Of a stretch of 53,254 nucleotides of DNA, positions 28,047 to 36,764 are shown in pieces. The DNA comes from a virus (lineage: Duplodnaviria > Caudoviricetes): IMG/VR virus record IMGVR_UViG_3300048686_001049, positions 1 through 53,254 of that record. One strand, given 5' to 3'. The number at the start of each line of letters is the position of its first letter. Within the stretch, counting starts at the first letter, position 1. The translations under genes were made by a program, and so were the position numbers. The notes beneath the pieces were generated by a model. The model was not told the origin of the DNA. It searched no databases and saw only the letters and a list, made by a program, of their open reading frames with translations.

Positions 28047-28502
28047 ATGAGCGACAATACATGGGGAACATATAAAGGACAAATATCTGGATTTCGTTTT
28101 GAGACAAAAGGTGATTCAGCAACAGAAAAATGTCCAAAAGCCACAAAAGATATAGCCGTTAATCTCCGTAATCGTAGCAATGCAATCAAAACTGCCATGT
28201 ATGGTCCGTTGAACCCATCTGAACCAAACGACGATTATTGGAAGAAACTTGGCAAGGAATGGGATGTTGACTCCGCCAGCGCTAAGAAACAATTATGTGG
28301 CAACTGTTCGCTTTTTATTAAAACTTCGTCCATGATGACGTGCATAGAAAGTGGCGTAACCGGAGGAGAAAGAAAAGATGAATGGGACGCAATTGACGAT
28401 GCTGGCCAACTTGGTTATTGTGAAGCATTTGATTTTAAGTGTGCATCTAAAAGAACTTGTCGTGCATGGGTGACCGGTGGACCCATCACTAAAGAAAAAT
28501 AA
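28047..28502 (+). CDS. Conserved phage Cys-rich protein
   Basis: ATG at 28047; CPKAT.D..VNL.NR..AI...YGP.NP; CGNC; GYC..FDFKCAS.RTC.AW. Confidence 0.75.
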   Translation: MSDNTWGTYKGQISGFRFETKGDSATEKCPKATKDIAVNLRNRSNAIKTAMYGPLNPSEPNDDYWKKLGKEWDVDSASAKKQLCGNCSLFIKTSSMMTCIESGVTGGERKDEWDAIDDAGQLGYCEAFDFKCASKRTCRAWVTGGPITKEK

Positions 28503-28747
28503 TGAAGGTCTGGATTGACCAAGATTTATGCACTGGCGATGGACTGTGCGCAGAGATAGCCCCCGATGTATTCATCATGCTGGAGGATGGGTTGGCGTAC
28601 GTCCAAGAGAATGGGAAAGTATTTTCGAAAGCGCGAGGCAACCCAGAAGGCGCCGCAGGTTGCGCTTCTTTCGGCGAAGATAGGCTCCAAGACGTAATAG
28701 ATGCGGCTGAAGAATGCCCTGGTGAGTGCATCTTTATCGAACCTTAA
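28502..28747 (+). CDS. fdx: Monocluster ferredoxin, actinobacterial type
   Basis: MKVWIDQDLCTGDGLCAEIAPDVF...AAEECPGECI (CxxDxxC...CP). Confidence 0.92.
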   Translation: MKVWIDQDLCTGDGLCAEIAPDVFIMLEDGLAYVQENGKVFSKARGNPEGAAGCASFGEDRLQDVIDAAEECPGECIFIEP

Positions 28748-28770
28748 ATTAAGGTTTAATTAATAATAAT

Positions 28771-29568
28771 TTACTTTCCGAATTTAGTTATAATAACATG
28801 CCCATCTCGATGAGACGTAGGGGGCAATGTATCAATAGCAAGAATTCGCTGCACCCATCTATCAGTGCCGTCATACCGAGCATCAAATGGCCGACGACCA
28901 TGTACTGTTGTCTTATTATTTATAATAACTAAGTCTCCTGTTTTTAGCACTATCTCACGGGTGCAATTTTTAATTGCATTTTTAAGGTGCATCAAGGCAT
29001 CAGTGGCTTCATCATTTATGCCCTTCATTAAAACTTCATCATACATTATATTAAAAAATTGGTCAGCGTTTACGTTTTTTGAAAAATCTTTCCTCAGTAT
29101 GGAGCAAGTAATTTCCATATCTAATTCACCATTAGTTCGAAAACTTTCATCAATAGAAGTGGTAAACCATAACTTTGTCAATGTATCCACAACTGACGGC
29201 TTGAGATGATTGACAATTTCATCAATGTATGCGTAGGTAGTTATAGCGTTTGGGTCGCCACGAAGACAAAGCAACAAAACAGCGGTAGGTTTATAAGGGT
29301 GAAATGCTGTTTCCGTATGCAAACCAAGTTCTATTTTTGATGAAGTAGAAATCTGTTGATTTTCTGTTTTCTTAATTGGGAATATATTTTGGATTAATTC
29401 ACCTTTTTGTTCTTGGGCAAAACTTATTGGCCAACCATAAACTTGAGCATATTTTAAAAGTATATTGCGAGATGGGTTTAGCGTTAAATTATTAAAATTT
29501 GAGTTTTTGGGCGTATTTGGAATATCGCCAATATCCAGATTCTCGATAAGGACAATACCTCTATCCAT
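28771..29568 (-). CDS. TauD/clavaminate synthase-like Fe(II)/2OG oxygenase
   Basis: LGLHTETAFHP (HxE), LLLCLRGD, GDLVIINN..TVHGRRPF..RYDGTDRWVQR. Confidence 0.88.
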   Translation of the reverse strand: MDRGIVLIENLDIGDIPNTPKNSNFNNLTLNPSRNILLKYAQVYGWPISFAQEQKGELIQNIFPIKKTENQQISTSSKIELGLHTETAFHPYKPTAVLLLCLRGDPNAITTYAYIDEIVNHLKPSVVDTLTKLWFTTSIDESFRTNGELDMEITCSILRKDFSKNVNADQFFNIMYDEVLMKGINDEATDALMHLKNAIKNCTREIVLKTGDLVIINNKTTVHGRRPFDARYDGTDRWVQRILAIDTLPPTSHRDGHVIITKFGK

Positions 29569-29575
29569 AGGAGAT

Positions 29576-29785
29576 TTACTCTAGTACAGAATCCGCCTCT
29601 ATCCAGACCCTAGCCCCACACTTGTCTGGTGTATCTGACTGCACAACTTTGGCTGCCTCATGTCCACAATTTGAGCAAATTATCGTAATGCTCTTGCTGT
29701 GTTTGGAACCCTTATAGGTCCTATCAATAATCGCAGCGAGGCCTTTTTTAATCTTTTGTTGATGAACGTGAATAATATGTTTCAT
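29576..29785 (-). CDS. Small conserved phage protein
   Basis: MKHIIHVHQQKI...CGARVWIE; start codon overlaps the tRNA CCA. Confidence 0.7.
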   Translation of the reverse strand: MKHIIHVHQQKIKKGLAAIIDRTYKGSKHSKSITIICSNCGHEAAKVVQSDTPDKCGARVWIEADSVLE

Positions 29786-29860
29786 GGCGCGTCGAGTAGG
29801 ACTCGAACCTACAGTCTACAGATTAGAAGTCTGTTGCCTTATCCGTTTGGCCATCGACGC
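29785..29860 (-). tRNA. tRNA-Arg(UCU)
   Basis: Reverse complement GCGTCGA...ACAGA-CT-TCT-AA-TCTGT...GTAGG-TTCGAGT-CCTAC-TCGACGC-G-CCA; full cloverleaf with encoded CCA. Confidence 0.95.
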
Positions 29861-29877
29861 TTGTTTCTGCCATACCC

Positions 29878-31803
29878 CTACTTTATCGGGCATGCTCCTG
29901 TGGCGCAATTGTCGAGGTCTAAATCCCCCATGAATGCAACTTCTTGTAATGGGGTCGAAAAGTCAATCTTGGCAAGCATCTTGTCATACTCATCTTTAGA
30001 CACTTCCTCATACGGAGGTAAAGAAAAGTTATGGTCAACATGCAACAAGAACGAAACTGACTTAACGCTTTTGTCATAATTCTTTGAGAGCCACTCCTGG
30101 ATTTCCCCAAGCTCTTCTTTGCGGTAATAGACGGTCACGGAGACAGCATTATCTGCCCACTCAGTCTGCATCTTTTTCACCCATTCAAGCTGTTCAACTG
30201 CAGTCATTGCTGAAGCAAGAATTGAGCCCTCTGGTGACATGCATGGGAAGTCCACTACGTAGCGCGTGTGGTCTTCTCTGCCATCAATACCGATGTCCCA
30301 TTGAACTTTGTATCCACGCTTACGACACGCATCGACAAGCGGGTCAGAAGAGCCAAAACGAACTCGCCTAACGTAGAAGGGGGCAAATGCAGGGTGAATC
30401 CCTGGTGTGACGCCAGGGAGTAGTGAAAGCGTTCCAGAGGGCTGCACCGTAGTCAAACGAACCGATTCTGGCCACCCACGTTCAGCAGAGTACTGCTTAT
30501 CAAATTCCTGCAAGTATTCGTACGCAGGAGACAGCCATGAAATTTGCTCATCTGAACACTGAAGTATTCCGGTCACAGACTGTCCAAGTCTTGCGTTCTT
30601 GCTTACGATATTTGTTGTTTTCTCATATGGGTACGCCATACGAGTGATTTGTTTTTGTGTCTTGTAAAGCAAGCGAGAGATTTCTTTAAATTGCTCAAGC
30701 GACTCAACGTTTGACAAAAATATAGTTGCAAGGTTGCATGACTCTCCGTCGGCAAGGGCAATCTCAGCACAAGGATTAAACCCCTCAATTGAGTTGTCAA
30801 TTTTTACTTCACCAAGGCGACCATATTTACGAGCAAGACGGCGGTTTAGCAGTCCATAAGGCTCTCCAGTGCCATCGTAACCCTTCCATAGCTCACTCAT
30901 TATTTCGTCATAATGGTCTGCGTAAATTGAGTTATTCGAATTTGCTCTCCAGGCAGGAATATTGCCTGATGCCCAGTTTTTGGCGCGGATAAACAACACA
31001 TCGTCTGGGTCCCCCATGGCGATTTGCGCTGAACGTCGCGAAGAGCCAGAAACGACAATACGTCCAATGATGTTGCAGATGTCTAATACGTCAATGGAAC
31101 GAAGCTTTTTGCCTTCACGGTTTTGCAATACCTTACAGATATCTGAAATTCCATCAATGAGCGCGCCAGGACCGGATGCGGTACCACCAAAAGTTTTTAG
31201 AGGAGCTCCATATTCGCGAATCAAAATAGTTGAATATGAAAATGATTTGCCAGTATCAAAATATGATTTCAGAACAGCATGGAGAAGACGTTTCCAGCCT
31301 TGACGTGAATCAGGAACAATAATATCTGCGTCATTGCTGCGCTCTTGAGTAATTACAACCCCTGATTTAACTTTTGGTAAATCATGAATCTTTGAACGCT
31401 CTACAGAAAAACCGACACCACCACCGAGCATTAAATATTCAAACAAAAGCTCAAAATCTTCAATTTTTTCAATATTGGTGAAATAGCAATTATTAAGCGA
31501 TGTGGCATTAAATTTCTGAACAAGAGGTGTCCCCAGTTGCCATAAAGAGCGTCCAGAAAAAGAACAACGAAGATTGAAACAATGGTCAAATAGTTTTTCC
31601 GCTTCTTCCTTGGTGTAATCGACGCCTATTTCATGCGCACCATTAATAACTCTTTGAAGAGTCTCAACCCATGTTTCGTTATTACCGTTACTTTTTTTGC
31701 GACTATACGTTCTAAGGAAAACAATTTCTCCCATCCCGTTAAAACCCCATGGTGGCAGTTTTGAGGAATACGAATCTACAAATTCTTGGTCAAGTAATGT
31801 CAT
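29878..31803 (-). CDS. nrdJ: Class II (adenosylcobalamin-dependent) ribonucleotide reductase
   Basis: FLRTYSR, SGRSLW, SLNNC, GGGVGF, RRSAQI, NPCAEI, TVQPSGT, C-terminal CATGACP; no small subunit gene nearby. Confidence 0.93.
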   Translation of the reverse strand: MTLLDQEFVDSYSSKLPPWGFNGMGEIVFLRTYSRKKSNGNNETWVETLQRVINGAHEIGVDYTKEEAEKLFDHCFNLRCSFSGRSLWQLGTPLVQKFNATSLNNCYFTNIEKIEDFELLFEYLMLGGGVGFSVERSKIHDLPKVKSGVVITQERSNDADIIVPDSRQGWKRLLHAVLKSYFDTGKSFSYSTILIREYGAPLKTFGGTASGPGALIDGISDICKVLQNREGKKLRSIDVLDICNIIGRIVVSGSSRRSAQIAMGDPDDVLFIRAKNWASGNIPAWRANSNNSIYADHYDEIMSELWKGYDGTGEPYGLLNRRLARKYGRLGEVKIDNSIEGFNPCAEIALADGESCNLATIFLSNVESLEQFKEISRLLYKTQKQITRMAYPYEKTTNIVSKNARLGQSVTGILQCSDEQISWLSPAYEYLQEFDKQYSAERGWPESVRLTTVQPSGTLSLLPGVTPGIHPAFAPFYVRRVRFGSSDPLVDACRKRGYKVQWDIGIDGREDHTRYVVDFPCMSPEGSILASAMTAVEQLEWVKKMQTEWADNAVSVTVYYRKEELGEIQEWLSKNYDKSVKSVSFLLHVDHNFSLPPYEEVSKDEYDKMLAKIDFSTPLQEVAFMGDLDLDNCATGACPIK

Positions 31804-31884
31804 AATAATTTTCCTTAAGTGGCTTAATTGGTCTATCGATATTAACCGAAACCAGAATACTAAAATGGTCTAAAATTAATCAAA

Positions 31885-32211
31885 TTATTTTTTGATTAGA
31901 CCTAGTCTCTCAGCTTCTTTGTATGGTATGTATTTCCCTTTTGCGTGAAGGATTACCTTAACACTTGTAAATGGAGTTATTTGCACTGTTTGCAATATGT
32001 CTTCTTCAACTAAGAAATTTTGAATTTCTTTAAGTTCTTCTGTTGTGCCATAGCCGGCTATAATTTTTGGTGGCTCAGATTCTCCGACGCAATCTCCAGT
32101 TGGATGTCCGCAAATCGGACAGGGGGTGTTTTGTTGTGTCCCCGAACCGCTATTACGTATCAATCCTGCACTAGCCCTATCCCTAAATGAAGGAGAGTCG
32201 TAGAACGGCAT
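31885..32211 (-). CDS. Hypothetical protein with CPICGH..C motif
   Basis: 108 aa, co-oriented with nrdJ. Confidence 0.7.
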   Translation of the reverse strand: MPFYDSPSFRDRASAGLIRNSGSGTQQNTPCPICGHPTGDCVGESEPPKIIAGYGTTEELKEIQNFLVEEDILQTVQITPFTSVKVILHAKGKYIPYKEAERLGLIKK

Positions 32212-32226
32212 ACCCCATTATATACA

Positions 32227-32865
32227 TTAATTAAATTCCTGTACATAGAATCCGTTATGTTTAATTAGTATTCTTAGCTCATCATAAGATTCTTTAGGTA
32301 AATCATCAATAACTTTTTCTGCTAAAACTGATTGCAACATTCTCGGATAAAGTCCGTTTCTTAGCTGAGCATCTGGCCCGTTTGGGTAAACCAAAATCTC
32401 GGACCAATCAATACTTTTATTTAAGCCATAAGAATATGGAATTGCCACCATGCTCACGTAGGATGGGGCTCTACCATCTTCTTCAACACCAGCATGACTA
32501 ACAGTTATGCATTCTTTTACCCCTATATTGGGGTCAAGAAAAGCCATAGAAAGCTCCATATCCTTAGTTCTGGTTTGGTTAGCCGAGCAATAACCCTCTG
32601 CGACCATGGCTATTGAATTCACCCCCCAATACCGTCTGAGGACCGAACATAACTCAGCCGCTATATGCAGCCTTTTATCGGTAGAAAGGCTCATAAGCTC
32701 CCTTTTCATTTGGCACACAATAACCAGACGGTCATCAACCCAGCCAAAAAAGTTCATACTCAAGTCCTCCCCTATCCCGTCCTCTTTAACAGTATTTGAC
32801 TTGGCTAATTGAGCAGCCGTCATGACTAGGGCCATTTTGCTCAGGGAGTTATCATAGTCATCCAC
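32227..32865 (-). CDS. Hypothetical protein
   Basis: 212 aa ORF with GTG start. Confidence 0.75.
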   Translation of the reverse strand: MDDYDNSLSKMALVMTAAQLAKSNTVKEDGIGEDLSMNFFGWVDDRLVIVCQMKRELMSLSTDKRLHIAAELCSVLRRYWGVNSIAMVAEGYCSANQTRTKDMELSMAFLDPNIGVKECITVSHAGVEEDGRAPSYVSMVAIPYSYGLNKSIDWSEILVYPNGPDAQLRNGLYPRMLQSVLAEKVIDDLPKESYDELRILIKHNGFYVQEFN

Positions 32866-32957
32866 AAGCCCAGATTAAGCCAATTAGCCCTTCCACAGGG
32901 GATGGTCGTGCTGAGCACATCCACTAAGGAGTATTTTTGTGTACTAAGCTCTTGCCC

Positions 32958-33155
32958 ATGACAACACAAAAGAAAAAATCAACCCCAAAGAAAAAAGCTA
33001 CCCCTAAAGCAGCCAAAGCACCTGTGGTTCAAAAACCAAAAGAGAGCGCACCAGCTACTCCAGAGGTCAAGTTGCCAACGCCAGTTCAGGCTCCAGTCAG
33101 CGTAGCTCCATCTGCGAAAAAGAAAAGTTTTTTGCGCAGATTTTTTGGGTTTTAA
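32958..33155 (+). CDS. Small Lys/Pro/Ala-rich basic protein
   Basis: ATG at 32958; KKKSTPKKKATPKAAK, C-terminal amphipathic SFLRRFFGF. Confidence 0.6.
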   Translation: MTTQKKKSTPKKKATPKAAKAPVVQKPKESAPATPEVKLPTPVQAPVSVAPSAKKKSFLRRFFGF

Positions 33156-33199
33156 AAATTTAATAATTTCTCTTTCTCAAAAAAGAAAAAAATAGCGCC

Positions 33200-33613
33200 A
33201 TGACCACGGAGCATCGTCGCGCCCCTAGACGCAAGATAGTCGAGGTTAGTCGCGAGGGTGCTTGGGGTAAAGTTAAATATAAACATTTACTTGAGTGTGG
33301 ACACACCGAAATAAGACCAAGAGCATCATCAACACCAAGCCTTGCTTGTGCGTGGTGTTTGAGGGTGGACGTAAGGCAAAAAGAAATTAACGCTCTCTCT
33401 ATTACCAATAGGGGCCCATACGTCGATGCTTCACCATTAATGGCGTCTGATGAAATTACTTTGAGTAAAACACGAGCTTTACTCTCTTCTAAATTTGGGG
33501 TTCCTCTCGACGCTGTGGATATTATTTCCAGCGACGTAAACGGAAATTTAGAAATAAATTATGCAATAATTTTTCTTTCTTCGGGAGATGTGGCTAGGCT
33601 AATGAAACCATAA
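33200..33613 (+). CDS. Hypothetical Zn-ribbon protein
   Basis: LECGH...CAWC. Confidence 0.7.
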   Translation: MTTEHRRAPRRKIVEVSREGAWGKVKYKHLLECGHTEIRPRASSTPSLACAWCLRVDVRQKEINALSITNRGPYVDASPLMASDEITLSKTRALLSSKFGVPLDAVDIISSDVNGNLEINYAIIFLSSGDVARLMKP

Positions 33614-33635
33614 TTACACAAAAGGGAGTTAGTCG

Positions 33636-34031
33636 ATGGATAATAATAAAGAGCCTTTTAATAATCCACCGAAGAACGGTAAATGCGTTGGACATCCAAC
33701 AGAGTTATGGTTCCCCCACCACGTCAGGGGAGCAAAAGTTCAAGAGTTCCGTGAAAGAAAAGAAAAAACACGAAGAGCAATTGAGATTTGCAAAACCTGC
33801 GATGTCAGTGAAGAATGTCTACAATATTCATTAAGACACGAACCATGGGGTATATGGGGCGGCAAAACTGAACTACAACGTGCAGCAATACGTGTTCAAA
33901 CCAATGTTCGACTTACTCGGGATGGAAAAATATTTATACCTGGATTAGGTAATAGAAATGCCAATGGAGAAGCATTAATTCGTCAGCCCAAGAGTCTAAA
34001 GAGGCCAACCGCATTGTCTGAGGTTCAATAA
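33636..34031 (+). CDS. whiB: WhiB-family transcription factor
   Basis: C...LWFP...AIEICKTCDVSEECLQYSL...WGIWGGKTELQR: four Cys plus GIWGG. Confidence 0.93.
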   Translation: MDNNKEPFNNPPKNGKCVGHPTELWFPHHVRGAKVQEFRERKEKTRRAIEICKTCDVSEECLQYSLRHEPWGIWGGKTELQRAAIRVQTNVRLTRDGKIFIPGLGNRNANGEALIRQPKSLKRPTALSEVQ

Positions 34032-34032
34032 A

Positions 34033-35745
34033 ATGCCAACACCAGGCCCAATAGCAGAAAATTTTTTGACACGTTTGTCGTCGGTGAGACAAACAGGTTC
34101 CGGCTGGCAAGCTAAATGTCCATGCAGGAATGACGACAATAATCCGTCCTTATCCATAGCAGAGGGCTCGGATGGTCGAGTACTGGTGACTTGCCATAGA
34201 GGCGGTGGGTGTGATGTAAATCAAATATGTGCTGCCGTAGGACTTAAGGTTCATGAATTAATGCCACCAAAAGAGGAGCGAGCCGAAAGGAAAGAAAAAT
34301 TAAAATTTGTTGCTGCTTATGACTTCACTGATGAGCATGGTCATTTATTGTTTCAAAAAGTACGTTTCGTCAATCAGGACGGCGTTAAAACTTTTAGACA
34401 AAGAAAACCAGACGAAAATGGTGAATGGATTTATTCTTTGGGCGAAACACCAAAAGTTTTATACAATCTTCCCGCAGTTTTGGCGGCAAAAGCAAAGGGT
34501 GAACCTATTTGGGTTGTCGAGGGAGAAAAAGACGCTAACACACTTATCGAGATGGGTCTTTGTGCCACCACGATGCCCGGCGGAGCAGGAAAGTGGCTAG
34601 ACATACACACTGAGGCACTGTCGGGTGCTTTAGTTGAAATCATCGCAGATAATGATTTACCAGGCAAACAACACGCCCAAACAGTTCTTGAAGAATTGTT
34701 AAAAGCGGGCTGTGATGCTCAAATATGGATTTCGCCAAAAGCAAAAGACGTAACCGACCACCTAAACGAGGGCTTATCTCTTTCTGACTTAGTGGCTTTC
34801 GAGCCAGAGAGCAAAGAAGAAGTTGATGAGTCTCAACTGAATCCAAAAGACCTTGCCATCCATCGGCTTAAAGAAGTACTAGATAGAACAGATTTAGATT
34901 CTCAACAAAAAATTTCTAAATCATCGTTAATTATTGCCGCATCAACAATTGTTGACCCAGGTGACCCAGGCAGACTCATTCAGTGGAATGATTTTATTAA
35001 CGAAACAAGTTCAGACAGCTATGATTGGGTTATACCAAACCTGGTAGAAAGAGGTGAGCGCGTTATTGTCGTTGCGGCCGAAGGCGTTGGTAAAACAATG
35101 CTTGCTCGTCAAATTGCTCTATGCTCTTCCTCTGGTATTCATCCCTTTACTTTTCAACCAATGAAGCCAGTAGTAACTCTTACTGTTGACCTGGAAAACC
35201 CAGAAAGAATTATTAGAAGAATGTCTTCTTCTATTTTAAATAATGCAATGAGTATGGGTAGGGTACCAAAAGTGACTGCATCTATTTTGACAAAACCGGC
35301 AGGCATGGACTTGCTCAAAGCGTCGGATAGAGCAATTCTGGAGGAAGCAATTGACAGCGTAAAGCCGGACATTCTTTTGATAGGACCGTTATACAAAGCA
35401 TTTATCGACCCTGGAGGAAGAACGTCGGAAGCCCTTGCTGTCGAATTGGCTAAGTATTTAGACACAATCCGAACCGTATATAAATGTGCTCTTTGGCTTG
35501 AGCATCATGCTCCATTGGGCACGACTATGTCGTCTAGAGACCTAAGACCATTTGGCTCTGCTGTGTGGTCTAGGTGGCCAGAGTTCGGAATCTCGCTTCA
35601 ACCCGACCCGACATCTCCCGACCCATATGTTTATGACATTAGACATTTTAGAGGCGCTCGTGATGAGCGGCCTTGGCCAGTAAAGATTAAACGTGGGAAA
35701 CGTTTCCCTTTTGAGGTGCTAGAAGCGTCTAAGATAATTGTATGA
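34033..35745 (+). CDS. DNA primase-helicase (Zn finger, TOPRIM, AAA_25/RepA-like SF4 helicase)
   Basis: CPC...NPSLSI...CHRGGGC; VVEGEKDA; IIADNDLPG; AAEGVGKT; VDLEN; LEHH; PFGS. Confidence 0.92.
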   Translation: MPTPGPIAENFLTRLSSVRQTGSGWQAKCPCRNDDNNPSLSIAEGSDGRVLVTCHRGGGCDVNQICAAVGLKVHELMPPKEERAERKEKLKFVAAYDFTDEHGHLLFQKVRFVNQDGVKTFRQRKPDENGEWIYSLGETPKVLYNLPAVLAAKAKGEPIWVVEGEKDANTLIEMGLCATTMPGGAGKWLDIHTEALSGALVEIIADNDLPGKQHAQTVLEELLKAGCDAQIWISPKAKDVTDHLNEGLSLSDLVAFEPESKEEVDESQLNPKDLAIHRLKEVLDRTDLDSQQKISKSSLIIAASTIVDPGDPGRLIQWNDFINETSSDSYDWVIPNLVERGERVIVVAAEGVGKTMLARQIALCSSSGIHPFTFQPMKPVVTLTVDLENPERIIRRMSSSILNNAMSMGRVPKVTASILTKPAGMDLLKASDRAILEEAIDSVKPDILLIGPLYKAFIDPGGRTSEALAVELAKYLDTIRTVYKCALWLEHHAPLGTTMSSRDLRPFGSAVWSRWPEFGISLQPDPTSPDPYVYDIRHFRGARDERPWPVKIKRGKRFPFEVLEASKIIV

Positions 35746-36368
35746 GTGATGAAAAATCTAATAAAATCTCCACAAGGGAGTTTATTAGTGACAGAGATTT
35801 ACGTATTTTCAAACTACGTCAAGCCGGAACCTCAACATCTGAGATAGCTCGTCGTTTTGGGGTATCAACAACGGTCGTATCTCGTGCAATACAAAGACAA
35901 TTGCAAAAGATGAATAGTGAAACACTTTTGGCTTACCCTGAGGTTTTGAGACTAGAGCTAGAACGACTCGACAATCTTCAACAAGCTATCTGGCCTCTAA
36001 CGCAACATAGACGTGTGGTCATGGATGATGGCACAGAGCAGTCAGTTGAGCCGGACTTAAAGGCGATACAGCAAGTTTTGGGAATCATGGATAGAAGAAC
36101 CAAGCTTTTGGGAATGGACCAGGCGAATATTAATGTTCAAATGGATGTTAAATCATCAACAACTGAATCTATTAAAGCAACACTTGCTGGTTCTGACAGC
36201 TTAAAATTAGCCGCCAACAGATTTGACCCCGAAGCCGAGGCTAAGCAATTGTTGCAATTAATGGGTATTTCTGGTGTTTTGCCCGAATCTGTCATAAATC
36301 AAATTTTAGAAAAAAACGAAATACATGATGCGGAAATTGTTGAAGACGAGGAAGAAAGTGATGAATAA
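35742..36368 (+). CDS. HTH protein, terminase small subunit-like
   Basis: LRQAGTSTSEIARRFGVS HTH; LELERLDNLQQAIW; DLKAI..VL.IMDRRTKLLG. Confidence 0.6.
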   Translation: MSDEKSNKISTREFISDRDLRIFKLRQAGTSTSEIARRFGVSTTVVSRAIQRQLQKMNSETLLAYPEVLRLELERLDNLQQAIWPLTQHRRVVMDDGTEQSVEPDLKAIQQVLGIMDRRTKLLGMDQANINVQMDVKSSTTESIKATLAGSDSLKLAANRFDPEAEAKQLLQLMGISGVLPESVINQILEKNEIHDAEIVEDEEESDE

Positions 36369-36702
36369 CGAACAAAACAACACAGAAAACAAAGACTCAA
36401 ATTTGATTTCCGCAATGAATCACGTTGCAGAAAATACTTCTATGTCCGTTTCTCCAATGCAAAAATCCGACGATGCACCAGCCGACAAGCAAGTCCTTAT
36501 CCGCGCAACCGAACACGACCGAGATAGGTGGAAAAACGCATCCAATAAAGTCGGGGTTACTCTTTCCTCGTGGATTAGGGATGCTCTTAATAAAGAAGCC
36601 GCAAGCGTTCTGGACTGCCCACACCCTGGTCACCAGGTGAGATATTACCCATGGGCAACAATATGTCTAGAGTGTGGACAAAGATTTCCTGTTGTCCAAT
36701 AG
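36361..36702 (+). CDS. Ribbon-helix-helix-like protein with C-terminal Zn motif
   Basis: VLIRATEHDRDRWKNAS..VGVTLSSWIRDALN; CPH...CLECG. Confidence 0.65.
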   Translation: MNNEQNNTENKDSNLISAMNHVAENTSMSVSPMQKSDDAPADKQVLIRATEHDRDRWKNASNKVGVTLSSWIRDALNKEAASVLDCPHPGHQVRYYPWATICLECGQRFPVVQ

Positions 36703-36764
36703 ATAATTAATAAACCTTGTTATATCGACTTCAGGTCGACAGAGCATACAATAGATATACCACT

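Noticed and set aside
29699-30079. Plus-strand ORF across the tRNA-Arg
   Set aside because: It is the antisense translation of the tRNA and the nrdJ end.
20137-33590. Isolated LSSG in the 672-aa protein (HLSSGG) and the 137-aa protein (FLSSGD)
   Set aside because: Single occurrences without the basic flanks; compatible with chance and not counted.
29878-35745. Inteins or introns in nrdJ or the primase-helicase
   Set aside because: Lengths are normal and no C...HN splice motifs or frame breaks were seen.
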